From positions 71,736,001 to 71,800,000 of the forward strand of contig CM052816.1 of assembly GCA_028534125.1 (NCBI GenBank): a stretch of 64,000 nt of DNA, read 5' to 3'. The translations under genes and the position numbers were made by a program. This DNA comes from Lama glama (Eukaryota). The notes under the pieces were generated by a model that had not been told where the DNA came from, did no database searches, and worked only from the letters and a program-made list of their open reading frames with translations. Of the stretch, positions 38,901-50,299 are shown in pieces; the first letter of the stretch is position 1, and every line of letters begins with the position of its first letter.

Positions 38901-41263
38901 CATACCAGTATACAGACTTTTAAATCCTTGATTTTGTGATCTCTGTGTTAATAAATAAAGCTCTACAAGTAGATGTTGCAAGGCATCCAGATATGGTAAC
39001 TGACATAAATGCCTGTGGAGAAGTTATCAACATGTAAGAAATACATAAAGGTAATTTGGAGCCATTCCTCACAGAGTATTTCTGACGTTAAATGTTATTT
39101 CTAAATGAATCAGTTTTAAGACTGTTCTGTAATGTGGAGATTTAGATTGTGATTGGAAATTTATGACAATTACATTGATAAAATAAGAATTATTGTCTTA
39201 ATTTTTTTGTGTAATTATAGGACGGTTGGAAGATTGATCATTTTAATTAATCAAGCTGGATTTAGGGAGTTCTTATGATCCTATGTTAAATCTAGAAACA
39301 ATGCTTTTATTCCTTTCAGTCACTTTCCAAAGAAGCTTGTTAGCGGATGATCAGGAAAAGTAGTATGACATGCATCATGAATATTTGAGATTCTAGTACC
39401 TGAGCCTCTTCCCTGTTTGTGTTGGCCTTTCTGATTTTCTTCCTTTAATAAGTATGTCATCAATTTATTATGATAATTAATGAAGATGTCCTGGGGTGGG
39501 GGGAATGCTTCCCTTAAGTAGATGCTTTTTAAGTACTAATAAATGACTTTGCTATTTTAAATTTTCACAACAAATTTATCACATGCAATAATGTACCATA
39601 AATGATAGATACTCATCATTAGTAATGTATAGACTATCCGATGTCAGACATACGAAATAGAGAGTGCCTTAAAATAGCCCTAATTGCCCTGGCTGTATTG
39701 TGTGTTCCCTGTTTGTAGGCATATTAAACATCTCTGTTTCAGTTCAGTAACATCCTACTTCCTCTGAGTATTTTTTGTACAATTAGCAAGCAACTTGTAA
39801 CCACTATCACTCTTACATAGCATTACAAGGATAAGAGGCTATTAGTTTTGGTCAAGTAAAGCTGGGTTTCAATGGGTTAACTGGGATCATTGCCTCCGAG
39901 ACTGTTCATATCCTCAGACTTCACAGCCTGAGCAGAGGCTGGCTCTGTAATAAGTCTCACATTACATGCGGATTAGATTTGTAGAAATCCTGTAACTCAA
40001 TAGGTACCTGCCTATTCTCTCCTGGCGTCAGCCTGCCTGCACCGCTTTGCTCTGTAGACATACCTGGCATTCCACCCATGCCTCTCACTTACTAAGTGAA
40101 CTGAAGTCTGCCTACCAAAACATTGGGGTATTGTCGTAAAGCAGAAACAACCCCCCGCAGACGAGCCAAGTGTGAAGTCTGGCTTGCAGGATGCCTTGTT
40201 CCATTTCTCCGAAGTGCACATGCTACTCTTTCTAACTTCCTCGTGCCCCACAGCTGGGTTGGAATGCTGCTGTTTCCAGGTGTTTGTCACTAGAATGCAG
40301 TCACTCTCCAAAAGTATGATGGCGTTGGGCCCCCTTTGCCTCCTCTCGTCCCTTCTCCCCCACCCTGGCCTCCTTGACCACAAGGCTTACCCAGCCTGGT
40401 CCTCTAGGCTGCCCCTCCCAACAGTGTACCTTGACAAACATGTTTACCCTCAAAGGTGGGAAAACAACCAAGCACCGAGCACAACAAAAAACAGGCTTGG
40501 CACCAAATCCTAGAACTGTCAGTGCACTGGTTTCTGGGAGCTGTGCCAAACGCGGTAAGTCCTGCTATTTTAACACATATCTCTCGTTCTCAGCACAAAT
40601 CATTCATTAAATAATTAGCATGTTACCTTGTTAAGAATCTTTAAAACTAAGGTAAGGTTTTCCTTCAGGAAGCACATCAGATTGTTTAGCATCTTTTTCT
40701 AATTAAGCATTAATCCCTCCCAGGAAGAATGAGTCACTCAAGCAAGTGAACTTTCAAAGATAAGGGATTTCTCTTTTGTAAACTGCAATTAACAGCTTTT
40801 AACAGCCAGCATTGCTCTGGTTTTCCCAGCAGTTGAAATGATTCTGATGATTTTTTTTTCTTCTTGCTCTTTACGCAGCTAAACAAACTCAAGAAACGGA
40901 GATGTTTAAGATAAACGGAGGGATGAGCTGAGTAGTAAGAAACCCAAACCACACCAAACCAAGCAAAAACCTTGAATTGTATTGCAATCCCATATAACAT
41001 CCTTCTTAAAGGAGATTTTTCCAATGTGACAAGTAGCAGCACCGTCTTTGGGGACATAGCATGGCATTATGTGTGACAGCCTGAATACAGTCTACCTTTC
41101 CCAGGTGCAAAACTTTTCCTGGCAGTCAAACTGTGACATATTTCTTAATTATAAGAAAACTTTTTAAATGCAAAATTTCATTCTACAGTTGTATTTAAAA
41201 GAAGCTTTGAAGAAGTCTTCAAGCTCAACAATTTTGTACCATTTGAATACTTATTTCCAATTT

Positions 41264-41569
41264 AAAAATATTTTTATTGAAGTATAGTTGATTTGCAATG
41301 TTAATTTCAGGTGTACAGCAAAGTGATTTAGTCATACATATACATACGTATATATTTTTTCTTTTCAGACTTTTTTTCCATTATGTGTTATTACAAGAAA
41401 TTGAATATAGTTCCCTGGGCTATACAGTAGATCCTTGTTGTTTATTTTATATATAGTAATGTGCATTTGTTAATCACCATCCCCTAATTTATCCCTCCTG
41501 CCCTGTCCCCTTTGGTAACCATAGTTTGTTTTCTATGTCTTTGAATCTGTTTTTGGTTATAAATAAAAT
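41264..41569 (-). mobile_element. Young L1 3' end
   Basis: 'ttattgaagtatagttgatttgcaatgttaatttcaggtgtacagcaaagtg...tttggtaaccatagtttgttttctatgtct'; TSD-like tttccaattt at 41254-41263 and 41573-41582. Confidence 0.9.
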
Positions 41570-41920
41570 TTGTTTCCAATTTTCAGTAACAAAAACAAAG
41601 ATTAAATCTTCATCCCTCCGTGTAAAAATGTAAATTGAGGATTAATGCTCTCTCTGATGTAGCTAGTAATTCTAGAGTAGTAGTCTGTTGTAAGTGGGTT
41701 CTTGACACTATTATTTATTGTTTATTTATTGTTATGTGGGAAAACCATACAGTTTTCAGGCTTCTCCATTTTCAAAAAGGGATATGTGGAAACAAAGAGG
41801 GGTAGGGTGAAAGACTTATGTTGTTCAAAAAGGAAAAGCAATGCTGATTTTTCCTGCATATTAAACATTTTATTATTAGATCTGTCATGGCTGCCTCAAG
41901 GAGCAATTTTGTCTGTAAAA

Positions 41921-42100
41921 TTCATAGAGTTGTAGACTTGTAAGAGACCTTAAAGCAGTCCATTCCAACTTCTTCACTTCATAGAAAATTAAACTGAAAC
42001 TAGAGAGGCAAAGTGACTTATCCAAGGTTACACACTACCTCACGGTAAAGCCAGGACTAGAACCAGGTCTGTTAACACTCAGCCCAGGAAGTTCTGCTCT
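41921..42100 (-). mobile_element. MIR3-like SINE
   Basis: 'gtaagagaccttaaag...tccaacttcttcacttcatagaaaattaaactgaaactagagaggcaaagtgacttatccaaggttacaca...gccaggactagaaccaggtct'. Confidence 0.8.
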
Positions 42101-43525
42101 TTGATGCACCATGACGTCTGGGGAAAAGTCTCCCTCCAGCTGTAGGAAGGCATTCCTCGGCTAATGATGGGGAATAATTCTCAGTGGTCACAGGTTTCCT
42201 CCTGCTGATATTTCCATTTGAGAACTGCAGGTGTAACTCAAGGAGAAAGGAGTAACACTGACCTGCAACAGGTCCTTTTTAAAATGACCGTTGCATAAAT
42301 AGAGTGAAAATGAACAAACTGATAAATCGGCAAACTATCTTACAAAGCAGAGCATGGTTGGATTTCAGTTTGATTTTATCACTGGTGGAGGGAGCAGACA
42401 ACCCTTTTCTATTTAAGCTTCATGATCACAGCAGCTAGTTAATACTTTCAGCACACTTTGAAGGGAGAAAAATTTGTTGCATGTTTTGAAAAATTATTTA
42501 TATGGACTGAAGACCAACTTTTGTTCTCAATAACTTTATATCTTATTATGGGAATAACAGAGACATAAAAAACCCACAAAAAAACAATTTATACCAGAAG
42601 GGCTAAAGAATATAGGGCTGAAATTAATTTAATGATATATAAAGCTGATGGTTTATAAGTTGTTACACATGTTGTGTTACATTAGTCAAATTTTTATATT
42701 TGTTTTCTGCATTTACATTTTTGATTAAAAATCACACTGGTAAAATATAAATTTCAACACACACACACATACAAACAATAACTTACATTAGGCATTTAGA
42801 GGCAGGAAAGACAATTAGAGTTATTTTAGTTGGGAAAAACCTTACTAAGAAATTGAGAATTCAGTTGGGCCTTGAAGATTGTGTCAGATTAGATAATAGT
42901 TTTACTTTTTGTTCAGAAGTTTGAGGAGAGCATTTATAGAAGAAATTAAAGACAGGTCTTTATAAATTCACACACAGTTTTATATACATGGTAGTGTAGA
43001 AAAACTACAGTTATGAGTTAACTCTTTTATCAGTAATCCACACGTTTTTTAGTCCTTCAAATCCTCCAAATGCAATTTAAGTCCCAAGTTCTTCATAAAT
43101 TCTATTCAAATCAACTTCAGTTAATAATGTTTCTTTCCTCTCCTAAGAGCTCCTTGTACTTAATGTGTAAACTAGTTTGCACACAGGGATGTATCAGAAA
43201 TACTCTGAGAAGAGAATTAATTCATCAGGATCTTGGGTAGATATTTTCCTAAGTATCTCGAAAAATCTTTGGAGACAAGTTAGAGAAATGTAAGGAAGAC
43301 AGCAGTACAGAGAAATGGACCTATAGTGGAATGAATCATGGGGTGGAATTGATGGCAATGTTACTGAACTGTATGTTTAGTTTAAATATGAATCAGTCAT
43401 TTAATTTATTCCATAAAGGATTTCACACATGAACTTCTCTCAAAATATATTTTATCAAAGGGAATCTTAATGTCTATATATTCAAAAGGAGTTCATTACT
43501 GTCACCTTAAGTTTCTGGAACTTTT

Positions 43526-43716
43526 GCAAATCTCAAATTCCCAAAGTTGTCCCTTCCCACTCCTTTTCCCCCAGTAATCATAAAGTTGTTTACTATGTCT
43601 GCAAGTCTGTTTCTGTTTTGTAGACAAGTTCATTAGTGCCCTCTTTTCTCTTTCTCTCTTTTTTTTTTTTAGATTTCACATATCTCAATAAAAATAGAAA
43701 ATTAAAAGTTAAAAAA
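43526..43716 (+). mobile_element. 5'-inverted (twin-primed) young mini-L1 with a perfect 17-bp TSD
   Basis: TSD aagtttctggaactttt at 43509-43525 and 43717-43733. Antisense L1 3'-UTR segment 43526-43683 is followed by a sense 'ctcaataaaaa...aaaaaaa' terminus. Confidence 0.88.
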
Positions 43717-43924
43717 AAGTTTCTGGAACTTTTACAAGCTTTTATGCCAATTGTTTATCCACTTCACAAATCAAACATAAACTTCCAAGTCTTCCTTTGG
43801 AGACTGTACATTGACTTTAACACTGTGGGATCTTTATTCTTCATGGATAGACTAGGTTTTTAGAAACAGTGATGGCAGCGTAATTTCACCAGCTTCCCAA
43901 GGCAACTGCTCTAGAAGCAGCGTG

Positions 43925-44050
43925 AACTGCAGTTAAGAGCTCTGACATCGAAGCTGGAGATACTTGGGTTTGGATTGCTTGCCTTAAGAAGCACAAGCTT
44001 CTGCATTTTTAAATGAGGATACTAATTCCTACCTCAGAAATTTAGTTATT
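43925..44050 (+). mobile_element. MIR relic
   Basis: 'gcagttaagagc...ttgggtttggatt...catttttaaatgaggatactaattcctacctcag'. Confidence 0.55.
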
Positions 44051-44859
44051 GTTAATTATATCACAGAAAGATGACATAGATTGTTGGAGTTTTAAAATAT
44101 CCATTACTCCACAATCTCACCTCATGTTTGTTGCCTCACTCCATATTGTTGTCACCTCATATCTACTTTTATGTATGATAATTCTAATTTGTTAACATGT
44201 TTAACAAATCTACTTAAAATTCAGAACATTTCACCAGGGTTGTATTTTTATGGCAAGCCCATTATTAGAGAATGATGTTAGTCTCGTAAGTCACCATTAA
44301 CCAAATGTCAGATGATTCTTTTCATAAAATACTAACCAAACAAAACTGCAGGTGTTAACAGAGCCCTCTGTGATTCCAGGGATAGGAGAGTCTGTGAGAA
44401 AAGATGAAATAGTAGGCACATATGATTGAATAAAATTTCTTCAGTGAGCAAATGATAATCTTGCACAGAGACATAAATTGGTTCAGGCCATAAGAAAACA
44501 GGTGGTAGATGCGTGTTTTAGAAAAAAAAGTAAATGTGTCAGATGGTCAGTCAGTTATTATTAATATTTACACATCTTCATGCATGAACAGTTCCCACCC
44601 TTTCATGGTCAACCCTAGTAAGACTGAAAGGGGATAATAATCTTTCTAAAAATCGATGGACTGAAACACTAAAATACTTTTATAGTTCGCCTAACACTCA
44701 AAATAGGCTTTATTTCAGAAATTAAGTTCTCTATTATAGGTTTAATTTCTAACAGAATACTGCTTGTAATAATAATCATACTTTATGTTTCAAATATTTT
44801 TCTAATATTGGGTTTTCTCCCCTAGTGTTCTCTTATTCCAATTTTTTTTTAATTTTGCA

Positions 44860-45150
44860 AATTTACTGCATTTTTCATCAAAGAATATTATCACATTATG
44901 GAAAATTCAGAAAAAGTGTTCAACTACCCTGATTTAGTGCCGACTACCCTAAAATGACAGTCTTACAATGTTGGTATTTCTGGTTTCCATTCATATAATT
45001 ATGTTATTTAACTTAAGTTTAATCATTTTTTTAAGTTTAATCATTTTATAGTATAAATATAATTTTGTATCCTCTTTTTTCACTCGTCTTGATGAAAACT
45101 AGATTTTTTTCCCCAATCAGTCATTGTAATGCCTTTCAACATTTCCATTA
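44860..45150 (-). mobile_element. Ancient L1ME4-like 3' end relic
   Basis: 'cattatggaaaattcagaaaa...ctaccctaaaatgacagtcttacaatgttggtattt...aattttgtatcctcttttttcact'. Confidence 0.45.
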
Positions 45151-45249
45151 AATATGTACTGCATTTAAAATTATCAGTGCTAGCGTATCTTCACCTGGCC
45201 TAAAATGGGCTTCATTATGTATTAAGAAATTCATTTACAGAGAAAGAAT

Positions 45250-45665
45250 TCTATTGGACTTTGTGGCCTGAGATTGAATCCTGGCTTGGCCACTGTGTAA
45301 ATGCGGGCAAGTTGTTTAAACTCTTTGTTTCTTTCCTTTTTTTTAATTGAAGTATAGTCAGTTTACAATGTTGTGTCAATTTCTGGTGTACAGCATAATA
45401 CTTCAGTCATACATATGCATACATATATTTGTTTTCATATTCTTTTTCATTATAAGTTACTGTAAGATACTGAATATAGTTTCCTGTGCTATACAGTGTA
45501 AACTTGTTGTTTACCTATTTCGTATATAATAGTAATTATCTGCAAATTTAACCCTCAGTGTCCTCTTCTGTAAATGGGGAAATATTTTCTCCTAGAGTTG
45601 TGGGAATTAAATTTAAAAATTCACGTAAAAAGCACTGAGGAGAATGTAAACTCTCAGTCAGTATG
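45250..45665 (+). mobile_element. MIR split by a young L1 fragment
   Basis: Left half 'ttgaatcctggcttggccact...gggcaagttgtttaaactct'; right half 'cctcagtgtcctcttctgtaaatgggg...gttgtgggaattaaat...cacgtaaaaagcact'. Confidence 0.8.
45337..45547 (-). mobile_element. Young L1 3' end (camelid-like variant)
   Basis: Poly(T) then 'aattgaagtatagtcagtttacaatgttgtgtcaatttctggtgtacagcataat...tatctgcaaat'. Confidence 0.92.
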
Positions 45666-46148
45666 AATGGCCCGGCGGTCAGTGCTCTCACTGCATTGCC
45701 CAAACCAGTGCTCCTCCCTGTACGTCATACTGAGAACCTGAGAGTCAGCACAGTGATGAACATATGCTTTAATCTCCGTGGCTCCTATACATCCTTTACT
45801 GGGCTGTGGATTATCACAAGCAATATTTCACGATTACTTTGCAACTCACATTCTCTCAGAAATACTTCAGCAGCTTTCACTGTGAAGGGGTGCATTTTTT
45901 TTCCCAATGCTAAACACGACTGACAAAGAAATACAAGAGGACTGCTCAATGAAATCTCTACACAAAGTGTTCACATTTGAAATGCTAAGATCCCCAAAAT
46001 ACTGAGCCCTGTCACTGACAGGCATTCAAGTAGATTCAAAGTATGTCATTTGCTTCTTACCCCTTAAGAAGACCAAGTTGACATTCACGCATCTCCCAGT
46101 CCTCCCATCCTGTATCACACACATCTAATCATAAATGCTGGTGCATAA

Positions 46149-46174
46149 AAAAACAAAACAAAACAAAACAAAAC
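46149..46174. repeat. (AAAAC)n microsatellite
   Basis: Visible run of about 5 units. Confidence 0.85.
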
Positions 46175-46508
46175 TCACCATTGGCTTCACACTTCTAACA
46201 TGAGATGGACTTTTTGAGGCTCTTCATTATTTCAGTTTGTCTGTAGGTGAAATAGAGTATTGAATTTGCAAAATGGAGTGAGATTATGATGCATTAATCT
46301 TATTCCAAATGTTAATTTATGGGTTTCATAAGATCTACTTTGCTTTAGAGCCTAGAAAATGTTTTTTCTCAGTAGCTCAATGGCTCAATTTCCATGGCAG
46401 TGCCACTCCAGGAAAATTGAGTAGTTATCAGAATGAGAATTTTTGTTCCATGCTGCCTGAGTATCTGGTGATAAATTTCATCCTACTCCAGTTAGAGCAC
46501 TGTAATTT

Positions 46509-46510
<2 letters not shown>

Positions 46511-46539
<29 letters not shown>
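46511..46539. repeat. (CA)n microsatellite
   Basis: Perfect AC run of about 14 units. Confidence 0.95.
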
Positions 46540-46542
<3 letters not shown>

Positions 46543-46843
46543 CCCAATTGTGAAGTAAAATCCAAAATCTCTATATTAGCATCCCAAATCTTGCTTTAAT
46601 AAAAGAATATATTTTGTTACCAGCCTGGGACTTTGTATAAACATTGCAAAGATAAATGTGAAAATAAATCCCAGCACATTTATTAAATTAACATCTTCTA
46701 AGAAAAGAACTTTATAATTATAATCAGAATGAACAATGAAATGTGCACTGGATTGGATGTCTGGAGTTCACAGCACAAGTTAGCCCTGATCACTGTTCCA
46801 TGGTGAAATTAGACCTAGGTTGCAAGATTATTTGGACCACAGT

Positions 46844-46953
46844 TAAGGTTATCAACTCATCTTAGTTTGACTGGACTCTTCTTCTAAACTGAAAAGTCCT
46901 GCATCTGAGGAAGCCTTGCAGTCCCAGGCAGTCTGGAACAGCTGGCCACCCTA
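46844..46953 (+). mobile_element. MER94-like hAT-Blackjack MITE
   Basis: TIR-like 'taaggttatcaac' ... 'gctggccacccta'; internal 'actgaaaagtcctgcatc...cagtcccaggca'. Confidence 0.75.
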
Positions 46954-47989
46954 TACAGGGATGAAACATTGACAGACTCTGCTTCAGCTGGGGGAAGGGG
47001 AGGAGAGGAGAATGACCTAAACAGTAATGGACTGCAACACTGGGAGCATTCAGGTCATTTGGGACTTCTGGAATACTTGAGTTACCCCAGAAAGAAAGTG
47101 GTGCCTAAGAGTGTTGCTGGACGAAGGGCTATGCAACATCTACAATTCCGGAAGCAGACTTTCCTGGCTCCTAGTTTACTTAAAACCACACCAGAGGATG
47201 TTAGCTTGTTAAAAGATACATCCCAGCCAGCTTGGACCTTTCCACTTTTAGGAGAAAGGCTACACGTCCCTTTCTCTGCCTCACCGGCTACCTTTGCCTC
47301 TTTCATTTCAACTAAACCTGACCTCGGCCCATTTCTGCTTTGATCTTCTCTGTATTGCCTTCTAGGCCACCAGTGTAAACGTCCCCTACTTGCATTCTGG
47401 CTGACCTGACCACATTTTAACTTAGGTTTCCACACTGAAACATGCTGTTTCGATTGCTGCCTTTGGGATTAAGCCTATATTATGGCTCCCAATTGCTGTA
47501 TCTGACATTTGCTTTTAGGATTTCCCATGTGGGAGATGGAGGCTCTGGCCCCTTTATAGTCTTAAACAGCAAAACACATTTATTGAAAAGGAGGTCACGT
47601 AATCATTTTCCTTTTTGCATCATTTTTTTCCAGAGGCTAAATTACTTTAAATGGCTTTGTCTTCATTAGGTTTTGTTTCCTGCATGCAGAAAAATTCTTC
47701 CCTATATCATATGAAATGTCACACATCAGTCCAATTCATAATGTTTTAGTTGTTCTTTTTCATTGTTCTTGTGGCCTTGATGAACCTATGAATTTATAAG
47801 GTAGGAAGGCTGCCAGAGTCCTCTTTTAATTTTAATTCATGTCTTAGACCACTTTTATTCCACAAATATTTCTTACCTATTATGTGCTAGACTCTTAAGA
47901 GTCAAAAGGACATCTGAAAAAACTGGAGAAAACAAGGTGCACCGTAGCCAGTCCAAGGCCATAGTAGAGAGCCTGTCACATTGTAGGTA

Positions 47990-48226
47990 CCAAAGTTCAT
48001 GACCAAGGACATATGAGATTGCTACTTCCTAAAAATATTGTTGTCTTCATGATTTTTGTGGTATTTGTCAGCTTTTTTATACTTTGTAACGTGATTTCTT
48101 TCATACTCTAATTACATACTCATTCTTGTACCTAATTTTGAATTGGTAAATTATTTTTCTGTTTCTTAAACAGGGCCCTCCAAATTGTAAACACTTCGGG
48201 TACCACAACACTTAGATCAACCTGTG
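47990..48226 (+). mobile_element. MER115/Zaphod-like hAT-Tip100 terminal fragment
   Basis: 'ttgtacctaattttg...ttcttaaacagggccctccaaattgtaaacacttcgggtaccacaacacttagatc' resembles the recalled MER115 end. Confidence 0.6.
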
Positions 48227-49989
48227 CTCATTAAGAAAAAAAAAATAGATAGTATTACCTACTTCTAAGCTCAAGACTGTCTGTCCTAAAAAAAAAATAA
48301 TGTATTGAGACATCCTTTGGTTTCTATCACAGAAACTGCTAGTTACACAAACAATCCGATATATAGGAAATTTAAAATATATTAAGACGTTAGCAATTAT
48401 AAGGATTCATCGTACTTTCATGGTATATGAAATAGATATTTGTATGGATTGAAAAGAAAATCCTTGTTAGCTTCTCAAGTATTTCTGACTAACTGTTGGT
48501 ATGGCTTTACTTGGGGGGAAGCTTTCTTGTGGTCATAAAACATTTTTGTAGTTTCACCCATTCTTCTAGCAGTGGTTTAAAGAGATTGGTGAAACCAAGT
48601 GGAAAAGAAGATAAAAGAGGGGTTTTAACTTGTTTCCAGCAATACAAGTTTATTGAGCTGTAAACCAGTTGCTCTGTGCATACTTCCTATAATCTCTTAC
48701 TTAACATTTTGTGACAGATTTAATATAGCAAAATTAGACATGCTGCCACAGTCCTTCTGACAGCTACCTGGTTTCCATGCACTGATACCACTGGCTTCTT
48801 GCCCAACCCATATACACTTGACAAGAAGGTCAGGAATATGTCAAGAAAAATCAGGGAGCATGAAATAAGAAGTAGATTTCAGCATGCAAACACTAGTGCT
48901 TCTGAAGAATCTTTGGACATTTATCAACATTCACTGTCCTGGAAGGAAGGAAGAATGACTGTGTACTTGTTACAGGTATTTAAAGACTGCCAGATATAAG
49001 GTAAATCAGGGAAAATAAATCTTCAATGTAAAAATAACTTTGCATAACTTCTTTTTCACTTTATATGCAATTAGAGTCCTTAGACTAAATTCAGATGAAT
49101 GGTTTCATAATAAATCCATTGCGTTCTACACAAAGTTGAAAAGGTGCATAAAGAAGAAATATATGAAGTAATTTTCTTTTTAGCTGCATCAAAATAGGTT
49201 AATCATTTTGTAGGTTAGACTAAATAATTCATAGGGCATAATTATTCAGGATGACAAACAGTGGATTTAAAATCATTGCTTTCTCTTTGGCTCACAATCT
49301 TAGTGATAATCATATCTATGAAATGTTAGTAAATGCCAGGTACCAGTATAGCATTGCCACTTTAGGATCAAGTAGGGAAAAGTATAGAATAAAGAATATT
49401 GGAAAGTCAAATTTCCTGACAGTGTATCCATTTGCACCCCTGTTAAAAGGTCCCAATGCCATATTCTCATCAGACAAGGCAATAGAGGAAAGGGGAAAAT
49501 GGAACAATGATCCTATGAAATCCAACATTGAGGGTCATGATTACTATTAATACTTTTTCTCCTTTTTGTCTATTCATGCAAATCCTTGCATTTCAGATTT
49601 ATTTACTGCATCCTATACTGAGTCATATTCTATACTCATACCATGTATCTGTTCTCTATTTTTATTTTCAATGTTACTTTTGAATACTATTTTTGTTATT
49701 TTGTGTGTGTCACTGTACCTTTCAATAAACCATTTTGGAGACATTGATTCATTTTAGTCAACTGGGAAAATAATACAATCCAATAATAAATTGAAGGAGT
49801 GATTTTCATAAAATTTATACAAATGATATACAAATTTTTTAGTTTAAAATGATTGCTACCCATTTAATTACATGTTAGCCAAGATAAGCTTAAATACACA
49901 ATTTTGAAACAGGAACATAATCTTTAGGAACATAACAATTTTTAAAGAATGTGACAATTTGAGGGGGAAATCATAAGACAAATACATTA

Positions 49990-50270
49990 CACATATCAAA
50001 GCAGAAACCTTTAAAGTCTAGCAACAGCAAATGTTGCTGAGGTTATAGAAAATGGGAAATAGTATATGTTTGGTAGGAATATAAATTGATTTACTCCCTT
50101 TGGAAAATAATTTATCAGTTTCAAGGAAACTTGTAATGTGCATGATCTATTTACCTAGCAATTCTACTGTAACTTACACTTATTCTGAATTATTGCACAT
50201 AAACACAAAAATACATGTGTCAAGATGTGTATTGTGGTGTTGCCATTGTGAAAAAATGGAGGTAAAAACT
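49990..50270 (+). mobile_element. Ancient L1 ORF2 C-terminal fragment
   Basis: 'aaagtctagcaacagcaaatgttgctgagg...tggtaggaatataaattg...ctttggaaaataattta...acctagcaattctact'. Confidence 0.7.
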
Positions 50271-50299
50271 GGAGATAAAATAATTTATTGAGAGATGAA

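Noticed and set aside
46969..47435. Overlapping 124-aa and 117-aa ORFs on opposite strands
   Set aside because: Non-ATG starts, locally higher GC, and no recognisable product or splice context.
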